64,000 nt of DNA from Takakia lepidozioides (GCA_030704615.1 CM060731.1:32922001-32986000), one strand, 5' to 3'. Shown: positions 26,201 through 38,142, counted from the first letter of the stretch. The notes: generated by a model not told the origin, from the letters alone. Program-made: numbers and translations.

Positions 26201-26697
26201 CCACTCGACAAGCTACTTTAAAACAACCATGAGGAAAAAGTAGGGTGGAATCTGATAAGGGAAAAACAAGCCCAAATGCCTTGAAGAAGGGTGTCCTCAC
26301 CACATTGTCCTTGAACTTGTGTCATGGCAGCAGCTAGTTTTTCTTCCACCCAAGGAGGGTTCAACCAACCCTCAATCCAAAGGACCTCTTGTGCATGTTG
26401 CTTATGTCTGTAGTCCGGCGATCTTGTATCTGTCTGTGAAAACCACCAGGACGCAGCTGGGCAGCCATAGTACACAGCATCTAAGACCAAACTGATCACT
26501 TGTAATCACCAGGAAAAGTACATGCGCAACGTTTTTTCATGGTCTACTTAGGGAGCACACCCTCTGAAACTGGTAGTAAGCGCAAATTTTGCAGAACGGG
26601 CTCCTTCGCATCCTACATGAAGAAAGCGCACCTTGTCAGCGCTGCAGTCCAGCCATTGTGAAGGATCTTTAAAGAACTCCTGCCAGCGCTGTCCCAT
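23208..26697 (-). CDS. PLS-class pentatricopeptide repeat protein with E1/E2/DYW domain (putative C-to-U organellar editing factor) and two N-terminal OSB-type PDF motifs; true start may lie further upstream (e.g. ATG at 27125)
   Basis: Main exon 25826-23208 encodes 17 P/L/S motifs, E1, E2, PG box (PGRCWIE), HSEKLA...CGDCH and terminal CSCGEYW. Upstream exons 26697-26632, 26433-26301 and 26148-26054 splice in frame through GT-AG introns of phase 0, 1 and 0. Confidence 0.9.
25725..26690 (-). other. Two PDF (OSB-type ssDNA-binding) motifs encoded across four exons
   Basis: WQEFFKDPSQWLDCSADK|TDTRSPDYRHKQHAQEVLWIEGWLNPPWVEEKL and LWKEYFSNPSPWWDNRGRQ|IHPRGPDIKHKSTNEALWVDSYMKPAWVDGQV match the recalled OSB consensus W..FF.NP..WWDNR....P..PDFKHK.T.EALW....P.WV...L. 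Confidence 0.85.
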
Positions 26698-27429
26698 GCT
26701 CCATCGTTGATCTACGTGCCGGACATACCAAAGCTTCAAGAGGGCAAGATTGTCGATTATAGCTCTTGTATGACCCTCCTGTGTGCTTCTTTAACCAAAT
26801 TAGATTAGGCTCTGCTGGAGAAATCAAAGGACATAGCCTGGAGCGTACGTTGCATATAACATAGCGAACCCAAAATGGAAACTACAAAGTGTTTCATATA
26901 ATCACCTAGATTCATCGGCATTCCCGAAGACTTGGGAGGCGCCATGGCTACCAATTGCAAGGGACTCAGTCCTTGGTGCATTGCCAAGGAGGATGCGGCT
27001 GTCAGCTCCATAGCCCAGCCCCTTAATTTGCTACTTGATGCGGGGCCTCTCGCATCACCGAATTGAGAAGGAAGGGCCTTGGGTATGGAGTCCACATGCG
27101 AACTTGGGTACACGCAGGCTGCCATCCCCACCTGGCACTGAGCCTGAAGTAGAAGATTTTTCGTACAACCCACCCAGCACTTGGCCCCCGATGCAACAAA
27201 CGATTACCTCCTCTTCAATACTGAGAAAGACCATTCCGCGTCAAGGGTAACCTGCTTGGTTGACTAGCTTGATTCAGCCTGTGGCCCAAGGGGACCTTGA
27301 GGGGACCTTGTTGTCTTCTTCAAGTAAGCAGCAGCAGGACTAAATCCATACTACGCAGTTTGCAGGGGAGTGTTATCTTCTCTTTTAATCAACATAAAGC
27401 AGAAATATGTAAGGTGTAAATTTCTCTCT

Positions 27430-27752
27430 AATACCCGGCAGTTACCCATCCGGTTTTATATATATGACCTGCGGAGGTGAAAAAATGAAGTAACCGGTCC
27501 AATTAGGAACCGGCGGAGGTCAGGCATTCAAATAACCCTAGCAAAGAACCTTTTAAAGAACAGCCGGCCCATACCCGCGGTTATTTGATGAAAATCGCCG
27601 GTTCTTTGAGGTTTTTGCAAGTAACCGCAACCGCAGGTTATATCTAGCCATAAAAAATCTAATAACCGCAACCGCAGATTAATAGTTTCCTGAAATTTAA
27701 AGCAACCGGAACCGCTGGTTATAAATAAAATCAAATAATTGCCCAACACTGG
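27430..27752. mobile_element. MITE remnant of the same family as 40070-40427
   Basis: aaccgg/ggttat-rich interior and terminal aaataattgcccaacactgg, matching the right end of the 40070-40427 element. Confidence 0.6.
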
Positions 27753-30132
27753 TGTACACCAGACTTAGTAACATGCTTATGCAGTGACGAGTTGCTTCAG
27801 TTTACCAAGCTCTCTCGGTTCAAAGCATCTCTTGACTGTAATGCTTTCTGCCATTTTCAAGCTCGAGAGTAAGAAAGTGAGCCTGCAGGAGGCGAAATTG
27901 AAGTTCTCTTCACCCCCATAACATGATGGTATGGCATGTGTTGCAATGCCTTTTGGGATTTTACAAAGAAAGACCAAGGACTTGGTCCGCAATATCAATA
28001 ATTTCACCATCTTGTTTCCAAATTATGGTGAGAACAATCTTAAAGTTTTGTAGATTCACGGATGGAAATATCTTCCTGGATAAACAGGGTTTGTCAATCA
28101 TCACTAAGTGACTCTTAGTTACAATGGCGTCTTCTCTCTCTCCCTCTCTCTCTCTCTTTTGTTTCCTCTCTCATATATTCTTCCATTTTGTCCCATAAGC
28201 TCTATGAGCTTTCCGCGGACGTTATAAAGCACCTATTCATTTCATTTCTCTTTGAGAATCATCCTCTGGATTTAGGGTTTAACAAAACCTTTCCCCAGCA
28301 AGAGAAGGACAGAGAGAGGTTTCTGAAAAGATGAGGACTTTTTTCTTGCAGGGATTTCCAACATTCATGGTAGAAGCCACAATTGGGCTGAAGGTTTGTA
28401 GATTTATGTACTGGTATGGGGAAGGAAGTCATTGTGCTTGTATTGTGACATGAGACTGCATGGGAGGTTGTGGCAATGGGTAAAAAAAGGCATAAGAGTG
28501 GTAAGATCACAAGTTAGCACTGGTTGTCCAGGCACTTGTCCACTGCACTGATTCTTAGTGGATTAGCATTGGTGTCTCTGTAGGTAAGGATCCCTTTGGT
28601 TTGTTTGTTAGAAACAGAGTGTAGTAGCTACATGCATGATATTGCAGATGCTTGCAGTATTTGGTAAGGTACTTCCATTCTGTTTGATGTCTAGCAAAAA
28701 AGGGGAACGCAAGCTCACTGAGTGGTACCCCCTCTGGAAGTCACTGAAGACACCCCCAGCTCAATTCTGGTGAGTGTTTTGTACGTGGTTGGGAGGGGGA
28801 GGGAAGATCCAACTGAGAAAAAGAATAGTGTTTAAACTTCTCTATAGAAAGTGACTCTATCGCTGTCTCTGTGTTTGACTTCCTGTAGAAGTTTAAAGTA
28901 CCATTTTTCCTTTCTTCTTTTATCTTTAGTCCATGATTGACATGCAGTAGAAGAGGCTAACAACAACCCACCAAAACTGGAAATCCATAAATTGCCAAAG
29001 CAATACCAACTCTCAAGAAAACACAAGTCGGTCATCTACAAGTTCCATGAGCTCAAAGCCCCATCCCCTTATGTGCACTTCTGTAGTCCATGAAAAATTA
29101 TCTTTTACCCTGAATAATGGTAGATCATCTCACTCATTTTCGAAAGGAATACAAGTTTTTGAATCAAGTCCTGAGCATGGTGGTTTGGCACCATGAGCAT
29201 TTCTATGTTTCTAAAGAACCCAACGTGATATTGAATTTTTGAGGGAAGCCTATGATGGGATCCGTCTGTTAGGACGCCAACAGGAACATGTAATGTGAGA
29301 AAAACATCCCTGGGTATTGGTCAAAGAGAAGTTTGTAGCTCTCATGGAAGAGAAGTCATCCCCACATGAACCTGTGGAAGAGAATCTTTCCTCAGACGGT
29401 TGAGACAATTCATCATTGGACTTAAGGGACATCATACTGTAATATTTAGTCCTGACCCCAAAATATGTGAGCACCACCGTCTAAAGCCAATCTGATGCCT
29501 TTGAGTTGTAATGTAACAAGAGTTACCAGACTCTACATCAGCTGAGATCCATAATTACGAAATGCAAGTTCCATATTGCCAAACAGTTTTCTACCCCATG
29601 AGAGCCCAATATGCAAGTTCTGTTTAGCAGAAACCAGATTTATAGACGGGCTGCCAACCTATCATATGATTGTAGAGAATTTGGGAGAGTATGTGGAGTG
29701 AATCAAATCTTAGATTCCAGCCATTCCCTCTCTTGTTGCTTTTAGTTGGTGCTATCATGTAGGGTGTGGATAGTTAGAGTGTCTTCTTCATTTCCACAAA
29801 ATGTTTTGCATATCCGAGTGATTTGTTGTAGACCAGGAGCTTCACTGGCTTACAGGTATGACATCCAAGGATTGGGGAAACAGAAAAGACAGACCAAGAA
29901 AGATGCTAATAAAGCCAAAAGAGGCTTGAAGAGATCTATGCATCTAGTCTAGAAATGTTCTGGCGTGCAACAAAAAAGCACGCACTCAGGAGACATGTAG
30001 GCCCATGTGCCAACTACATCCAAATCTATAAATTACCCTTTCAGCTCTCAACACAAACTATTTGTCCATACAATTGTCAACTTAATCAAAGCAAATTGTA
30101 GCTCAAATGCCAATCTCAAGAATCCTTCTTAC

Positions 30133-30236
30133 CTTACATGAAGCTGCTTGTCAATGAGAATGTTGGCAAATTTTATATCCCTGTGTATGTAAGTTGTGTG
30201 CGGTACTCCAACCCTCTGGCAACGTCCAGGGCTATT
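30133..30236 (-). pseudogene. Receptor-like kinase exon remnant (subdomain VIa-VIb, LysM-RLK/CERK1-like)
   Basis: IALDVARGLEY, frameshift, then HTTYIHRDIKFANILIDKQLHV followed by a gtaag donor. Confidence 0.65.
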
Positions 30237-31269
30237 TAGCCCTCACAGTCCATGGTAGTAGTGATGTTGTCCCTGTTCCCCACCCAACCCCACACAGATA
30301 AGTAGGCAATGTCAATGCCGCAGCATATTCTAGATAGTAAACCGTATATCAACATGAGAGCTTGCACTGAGGAATCAAAAGGCCCTTATTTACAGTGCCA
30401 AACACTTCCTGGTGCTCAATCACAAAATAATCAGAGGCCAAATGCCTGATCTCGAATCGGGGTAAATCTGGTGGATCACTACTTCCTTGCAAAACGCTAA
30501 CTCAACATACGGGCATTGAATTGGTACTCTCAGGTGACCTGCTTCCCTTATTTTTGGCTTCATGCAGCAGTATATGACTCTCTCTTGCCTAATTAGACGC
30601 AGCATCTGCAGTGTTCCTGTTTCACGAAAACAAGAGGGAAAAGAGCTGAAGACCAGCCAATGCTACACCTTAGTTCATTCTTCCTAAGGGAAAGGTCTGA
30701 AGCTTTTGTGCCCTGTCTTGCTATTGTTATTGCGCGGACTCTATTCTAGATCGTCGTCATGGTGAACTGAGAAGTAGGCAATCGCATATTATAGCATCTT
30801 CTCCATACAGTTACCTAAGTACTTCAGGGCAGGAAGCAGGATGACTTCGCATAAGATCTCCCGATGCTAACACGAGTCAATTGGGGACCTTTTCCAATAC
30901 TATAGTGTTATCATAATTAATGGCGTTTTCCCGCAAATGTGGTCTGATCCAGATGGAGCAGATTCAACAGAAAAAAAAGTGAGAGAGACGAAGTGGGACC
31001 CCAGTGATGAACCTTAGTGCTGAGTCTGATTCTGTTGAAAAGTAGACAAATAGTACTCAGCTTAGCTATACCTTTTCAGCTCACTTAGCAATAGAAAACA
31101 GAAAAGACTGTCCCCTGCAGCTTAAATAACGCACAGAACGAAATAGACCATGACGTCTTTTTGGACTCCAAGATACAGTTGGACAATGTCCAAATTCAGA
31201 GAAATGCAAAGCTAAACTTGTCTCGCCGTTCCTGTCAGAATACCGGAAGAAGGAAAGGTCGCCAGTCTC

Positions 31270-31545
31270 CAGATCTTGGGTCACGAATTGCCTCTCTCGA
31301 AAGTTTACGAAGTATAATTCTCACTGGAGCGGTCAACTTGCGGCAGTCACATACTGAATCAGCGGGTCCCCGTCTGGATGCACAACAATTTAAACCTAGT
31401 CCATCTCTTCGTAGAATCCTAAGAAAATGTCAGCCAATTGATGCAATTCATCCAATGTAAAACTTCCGGATGCAAAGGTTCCCGTTGAGAATTTGTAAGG
31501 GGAGCTCCAACTCCATAGGAGCTTGACGTCTCCAGCTTCCTCATT
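31270..31545 (+). pseudogene. Degenerate LRR (NLR-like) remnant
   Basis: RIASLESLRSIILTGAVNLR and a frameshifted ELPNSIGSLTSLQ-like stretch at ~31500-31540. Confidence 0.4.
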
Positions 31546-31725
31546 CCAGATGCCCAGATACAGTGAAACAAAAGCGGGTGCCAGACAAGCAAAATATTGC
31601 AAGACCTAATTAATCAATTCTCTGCTCCGATGTGCGCACTGCCGCTTTTCTACTCTTCCTTCCCACCACGCTTTTCTCACTCTAGGTTTGTAACTCGAGC
31701 ATTTGACCATGGTCTTTTCGACCAG

Positions 31726-31777
31726 ACCCTAAACCATAAACCCTAACCCTAACCCTAACCCTGGCCCTGACCCTGAC
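31726..31777 (+). repeat. Interstitial telomere-like repeat (CCCTAAA/CCCTAA, decaying to CCCTGA)
   Basis: ccctaaaccataaaccctaaccctaaccctaaccctggccctgaccctga. Confidence 0.6.
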
Positions 31778-34700
31778 CAGGGGTGTAGCCATAAATGGAA
31801 GGTTGACCGTGCCATCCAAGAACGTACGTACGTACATATCCACATTTGGTATATGGCATGTGCAAAATAAAGCTGGCCGTAGATTCTGCAATCCCGCTTC
31901 GACCCCTAACACGTAGGCCCTATCGATAAGTTATATAATAAGCAGAAGTAGCTATCTCCCGAGTCCCTATCTCCCGGTTCCGTGTGCTTATCACTGGCCG
32001 TCCAGCATGCCTTATCAGCTCGTTTCTTCTTTTGCTCCTTATTTCTTAGCTCGTTTAACTCCAAATATAAAGTAAATACAGATAAGACAAGAAAGAGCGC
32101 ACAACCGACACATGGCAGCTGCATGGGTGGGCAAGATGATGCCGGATTGTGTGGCTCGTCGGTAGCTGCCAGGCTGCCCGCGCTCCCACACGTGCGGCGT
32201 GCCCATCGCCACGGCGGGCCCGCCCCGCTCAAGTTTTTTTTGTTTTTGGAAAATAGCACGTTTGGCTATAGTTAGCGGACACATGGCGCCGCCGTGGTGG
32301 CCCCTGTTCATAACTTTTTAAGAGAAGCAAGTGGGTAAGGGCCAGTTAGTAAGGTGGCTTGGAGCAGACAATCCAGTTTTATTTTTAGCAGAGTTTGGCA
32401 ATTATTTGATTGACCATGGTGATCGAATGTGGCTAAAAGAATGCAAACGTTATGCAGTTCTCTCCAATATTGTGGTTTCTATTAATTAATTGATTCATGT
32501 TTGCTGTTTTTTTTGGGGGACCTTGCCTTTGCAGAGCCCACTATTTACTAATTTAGTAGGTTGTAAGTTAGTAGGTAGTAAGAGGGGGCTTCCCTTATAT
32601 ACCCTCTCAAGGCGGTGGGACCCTTCTAGAAGCCCCCCCAACCCTTACCCTTCTAGAAGGCCCTGGACTCAACCCTACAGGACTCCCTATTCTAAATTTG
32701 GCCAATTCCTCCCTTCTTTTTTTGGACCCCCTCGTCTCGTTCCTTAATACACATGGCCTTCCTACATAAGCGGCCCACAGTAATTCCTGGACCACTCTAG
32801 AATCAAGACCCGAATGAAACTGCTCTATATATTGGTTGTTTTGGCTTCTTGTTCAACAATGACATAGAGTTGGAGGCTTTTTACTTTTTACATACTGAAA
32901 GTTAGAATTATATGGGCTGCATCTTTCGAAACATCTATGTTTTAGGCCATGAGATGAGAGAAGAATATGGCTTCAAAAAAGATTTAATACTCAAGCACAA
33001 TCAATCCTTCAAACACACAAAGTCTCTCCAGACACACCGAAGCCCCCAACAGACATGCCTATATTACATGTACCACCCCAACACTTGTGGGGAATTGAAC
33101 TCCTGGGACAACGCATTGCAGCACAAGTGATCTGCAGAACAAAGTTAGAGGAAACAAACACCATCAGACTTGCCAACATTTCGGAAACAAAGGGGGCAGA
33201 AATAAACCCCATCGGTATTCATGTAGCATCCGCCAGTACAGACAATTCTTAAATGCACCCAATAGTTGCCAGAAAACTTGTTGTTACACATCTGCCTTAT
33301 TACAAAGCTATAAAACACAGAACTTATGCATATGCATCAAACACATAACGAGCCCGGGCTGCCCTTCATTGGTCAATTGCCTCCACATTATATGGAAAAT
33401 TCTCCCAAATATAAAACTTCTACGAGAACATTCTGACTACAAAAGCCAGGTTTGTTGCCAGTCGGTTGCAGTAATTTGGACTTCGCAAAGCTTAAAGTAC
33501 TAAAGCAATGCTCGTCCTCAATGCTCATCCTCAACACCTCCAAGAACCTACAAGACTACTATCTCCACCAACTTTATGAACTTACCATCACAGAACGCAC
33601 AAACCGGTTGAGGGATTGGTGTTAAAAAGGGAAGCCATGGCTGCAGCTGCGCTGGACTTCCTAATCAACTTAAACATTCTTTTGCTGACTATCCAAGGCT
33701 GAGCTTGACACCACCTCAAACACCCAAATTTCCTTTGGTCCAACTTGCTTTAGGTGCCCATAAGCCCACTTCAAGACATTCAGGTGCTTCTTGAAAGATC
33801 CATTGTAGTCTAGTTGAAGCCAATACTGTGGGTATATTATTCCCAGCATCCATAATGTCATGGGTTGGATACAGATTACCTTTTGGACGGGCATGGAGAC
33901 GGAGGCTTTCCTCCAGGGCGATGGGTCACGGAGCCCATCATATGAGCGATGCCATTCACGGCCATGGCCGTGATTATCCGTGGCATCCATAGTCGTGACT
34001 TGGCAAAAGTCTGGAGCTATGCCAAAATAAGAGAAAATGGGATTTATGAAGTTGTTATGATTCCTTCCCCAAACTGCCCCATGAGTAAAGATGAATATGT
34101 ACTGGACGCTACATACATACTAGTAACTATACACATACCTGCTTAGTATCTAAGGATTTGCACTTACACCCAGGCTCTACCACAGAATTTCTTCCCCCTT
34201 TCTTACATTCGACTTTCTTCCTTTCTTGCTCAAAGTAAGTCCCACTACCTCTCGAATCGACTAGTAGGGCTTTGCATTTAGTTGCTCTGCAATGCTTCTG
34301 GTGAGGATGAGGAGTGAACAATGTCCAAGAAAAGGTAATGGACTCAATTGGTATAAAAAGTGTGCGATCTAAGTTAGTTGTCATCAAGGGAAATCATCAA
34401 GAGCTTGTTCTTGGTGCATATATTGAGCCAACGTCTACAAATAAATATGAATGAGAAGCTGAGATTAGTAGTTTCTGCACCCCATGATTTGCTTGATTGC
34501 AATTTTGAAGGCCATATTTTTACAATGATAGACAAGATCCTAAATGATTCCTTGCCAAAAATTCTTCTCAAACGGTCGTAGTCGAGCACAAGTTTAGAAA
34601 TCATGTATACATTTTCCATCTTAAAATAAACCTCATTTCTGCACCATCGCCAGTATCAACAAAGGAAGGTTGCTTACAGTCTAGAAAGTTACTATCAGTG

Positions 34701-34924
34701 TTCCAATAGCTTTGGACCAGTAAGTTCTGCAAAACATTCTGAAAAGAGAGGTTCAGAAATTACTTGGACTTAGAAAGAGCTCCTCCCGCTGCTCGCTGAC
34801 GTGGCAGATTATCCCAAGCATTAACATGAAACATGAATGCTAGCAGTTGGATACTCTTTCAAACAACATTAGAGCATTGATACTCACATTTGTGGATGGC
34901 CGGATGCTGCCTTGGAATGCAGAA

Positions 34925-35418
34925 TGAGGTACCTTATGTTCATAGAGATGTTTTTGTCGCCCGAAGTGCTTATGTCATCGGAGATGTGAAAGTTGGGAAG
35001 AGATCCTCTAATTGGTATGGGTGCGTGCCTCGAGGCAAGCAAACCCTCAAACCTTGGCCAACTTGGTATCGGCTTCCGCTATTTGCTTTTGTAATGTTTC
35101 GGTGACAGTAAGACATTGTTCTTAAATCCATTGCATGGATTTATGGCAGGGCAACAAAGTTACTATAGGTACAACTTAATTAGCCTCGCATAAAGGGGCC
35201 AATCCCAAATGTTTACAATCTAAGAAATTGGGGATTCACCCTAAACTATGTAGTGTCTTTGGCTTCTGTGAGATGGTGGTGACAATTGATGAGAACCTCA
35301 AGCATTCTCAACATCTATGGTGGATGTGAGGAGGGCATAACGCAGTTCTGCATTCATGCATAGTGGAGAACGAAGCATTTGTTGGCATTGGGGCCACTCT
35401 TCAGAATGGAGTGGTTGT
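34925..35418 (+). pseudogene. Gamma carbonic anhydrase (mitochondrial complex I CA subunit) remnant, two exon pieces
   Basis: VPYVHRDVFVARSAYVIGDVKVGKRSSNWYGCVPRG (~34928-35035) and GHNAVLHSCIVENEAFVGIGATLQNGVVV (~35333-35418) match recalled plant gamma-CA hexapeptide repeats. Confidence 0.8.
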
Positions 35419-38142
35419 GGCATATGCTAGCCGCTCAAACAATGATGCCGAGGCGAAGTATAGTTCATATGAAGTGGAGTATCTAGCTGCGGTATGGGCA
35501 GTAACACATTTCAGATGCTACCTCTATGGCAATCTCTTCACCCTTATCACGGATCACCAACCATTGAAGTGGTTGATGGAGTCAGACAAGCTTACAGGGA
35601 AGCTTGCACGGTGGGCACTTATGCTTCAAGAATATGACTTTCAGGTGGTGCATCGAGCCGGTATTGTCAATCGGGATGCAGATGGATTGAGTCGTAATCC
35701 ATGCACGAGTGAGCATGATGATACTGAAGCTCGGTGGCATGGTGAGACGGATGAGGAGATGGTGCCAGGATGACATGCATCTGCCTTTTTGTGCATCCTA
35801 GCAATGGGAGCTCAAGCTGGTCCATCCCATAGCATTGGTCATGTAGATGGTGTGCATGACGATCCGGAGATCAGTGAGGAGCTTGGTGGTGCTAAGGATG
35901 TGCATGAAGATGCAGCAGTGTTGGCCTACCTTTGTATTAGAGAGACAGCAGCCAGTGTGACTGCTAAGGAAAGAGATTGGATCCTACAACGAGCCAAGAG
36001 GTTCAAGTGGGAGGGGACTCATCTATTCCGAGTATGGGAGGATGGATGAGTGAGGATTGTGCCTCATCCAACACAACGAGCGCGATTGGTACGCCATGCC
36101 CATGAGGAGTTATGACATTTTTGGGTGCGACACACTCATAGTTTGTTGCAAGGACAGTACTGGTGGCCGGGCATGCACACGGATGTGCAACAGTTAGTGG
36201 CAAGGTGCATGGTGTGTGATAAAGTGGGAGCTTCTTACAATGCACCTACTCCACAATTGCATCCTTTACCCATTATGGGTTTGGGCTATCGTTGGAGTCT
36301 TGACTTCGCAGGCCCATTACCACTAACGACTCATCATAACAAGTATGTGCTGGTGATGGTGAAACATTTCTCCAAGTGGATTGAACTGGTGGCATTGCCT
36401 GACAAGGTAAGTGAGGGGGCTGCGTATGCATTCTTAGATCGAGTGCTTAGCCAATTTGGTGCTCTAGCCGAGGTACTCACAGACCAGGGGAGAGAGTTTT
36501 TGGGGGAGTTTCAGGCTTTGTGTAAGCAAGCCTTGATAGATCACCGCACTACTTCTCGGGATCATCTCGAGGCTGATGGCCTGGCAGAGAGGGTTGTACA
36601 AACAGTCAAGCGAGGCTTGCGCAAGTATGGCTTGCATAAGGGACACTTAGGAGATTGGGACCTTCAGCTACCTTGGTTGGCCATGGGCTACAGGTTTAGC
36701 AAACAAGCATCGCTTGCCTCGTTCTCGCCTTATTTCCTTCTCTTTGGCCGAGAGCCAGATTTGCCTGCATTTATTCACAGGGAGACTGCAGTAGTTCTCA
36801 ACCTTGATGATCCGGATGTGTAGACACAAGCATGTGCCCAGCGGGCAGAGTTGTTCATGCCTATGGCTTTTGAGAACCTTGCTATTGCCCAACACCGAGA
36901 CACATTGAGGTACGCCGCTATATGTGGAGGGGGATATCGGCTAGGTGTTCGGCGTTTCCACCCTGGGGACTATGTGTATCTGCAGCAGACATCATCTACG
37001 ACTTTGGATGTCACATGCAGCAGGGCGTGTGATTCTAAGGGTCCGGGAGGTGTTGCCTTCAGGAGTGTTGATTCAAGAGGGTCGAGATGGCATGGTATGG
37101 AAGGACCATGTGCGCAATTGTGCGCCATATCAGCTTCTACATGTGGATGAGAGGATAGATCCCAACCTTGCAGTGGTACCTGCAGGGTTGCGTTGCATGT
37201 TATGTGGGCATGCTGGTGGTGCCGCGACCATGTTGGTGTGTGACAAATGCTCAAGGGGGTGGCACATGGGATGCTTGACATCGCCACTTGAGGAGGTTCC
37301 TAGTGGAGAATGGTTGTGTCCACGATGCCTTGGACATAGATAGTGGGCATGACAATGGTGGAATTGACAAGTGATCCGAGGTCTAGCTGATGGGAGCTCA
37401 ACGCCATGGATACTTAATTGAAGATCATGGATTGCAGGAATGCGAGTAACAATGGGGCTACTTTTGCACCCGGCCTCTTGATCTATTGACTTTAGGTACT
37501 GGGACATGTGCGATTGAAGACCAAGCGATGATTTTATTGAGATGGATATTTGTCAGCTATCCGGTGTTAGAGAGACCTAATCACCAGCTAGGGGGGCGAT
37601 TGTGGCATAGCTTTCTAGGATTGTGTGCTTAGAAATATATGGTGGACAGCGATGTATGTTGTGGCACGATGCTTAGGTGCCCGACAGCTGTTATGGTTTT
37701 AGTCATGGTTAACTAGAATTACCTACTTCTAGTTAACTATGACATTTTGGATATTTATATTTGTATTTTGTGTGTTGGGACTTCATTTGGTCTCATATGC
37801 CAAGTGAGGTGTCAAACCTCACTTGGGACATGGGGATGGGTTTTCCCCTTGTGAGTGTTGAGGAGGGCTCATCTTCTTGTAGTTGAGCCTCCATGAGCCT
37901 TTCCCACCTCCATAGCTTTAGGTATTGAGAGGGGGTGTGGTGAGGGCTTTGTAGGATGGATTCCTTTAGCATATGTGCCCTTGGCTTGACTTAGTTTATG
38001 TGATTGAGTGGATTCATGAGTGGAGTGTTTCCATTGTGTGTTCACTTCCATTATCATTGTGGCATAGCTTTCTAGGATTGTGTGCTTAGAATGTATGGTG
38101 GACAGCGATGTATGTTGTGGCACAATGCTTAGGTGCACGACA
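35412..38142 (+). mobile_element. Ty3/Gypsy LTR retrotransposon 3' half: RNase H, integrase, C-terminal PHD finger, PPT and 3' LTR
   Basis: VVAYASRSNN..YSSYE..LITDHQPLKWL..ARWAL; YWWPGM..C..C; WSLDFAGP; VLTDQGREF; ADGLAERVVQTVK; PHD CMLC..LVCDKCSRGWHMGCL..WLCPRC (~37193-37330); PPT agctaggggggcgat; LTR 37601-38142 with TG...CA ends. Confidence 0.9.
37601..38142 (+). repeat. Gypsy 3' LTR with an ~85-bp direct repeat at both of its ends
   Basis: 37601-37686 is nearly identical to 38058-38142 (tgtggcatagctttctaggattgtgtgcttagaa...gcttaggtgc(c/a)cgaca). Confidence 0.75.
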
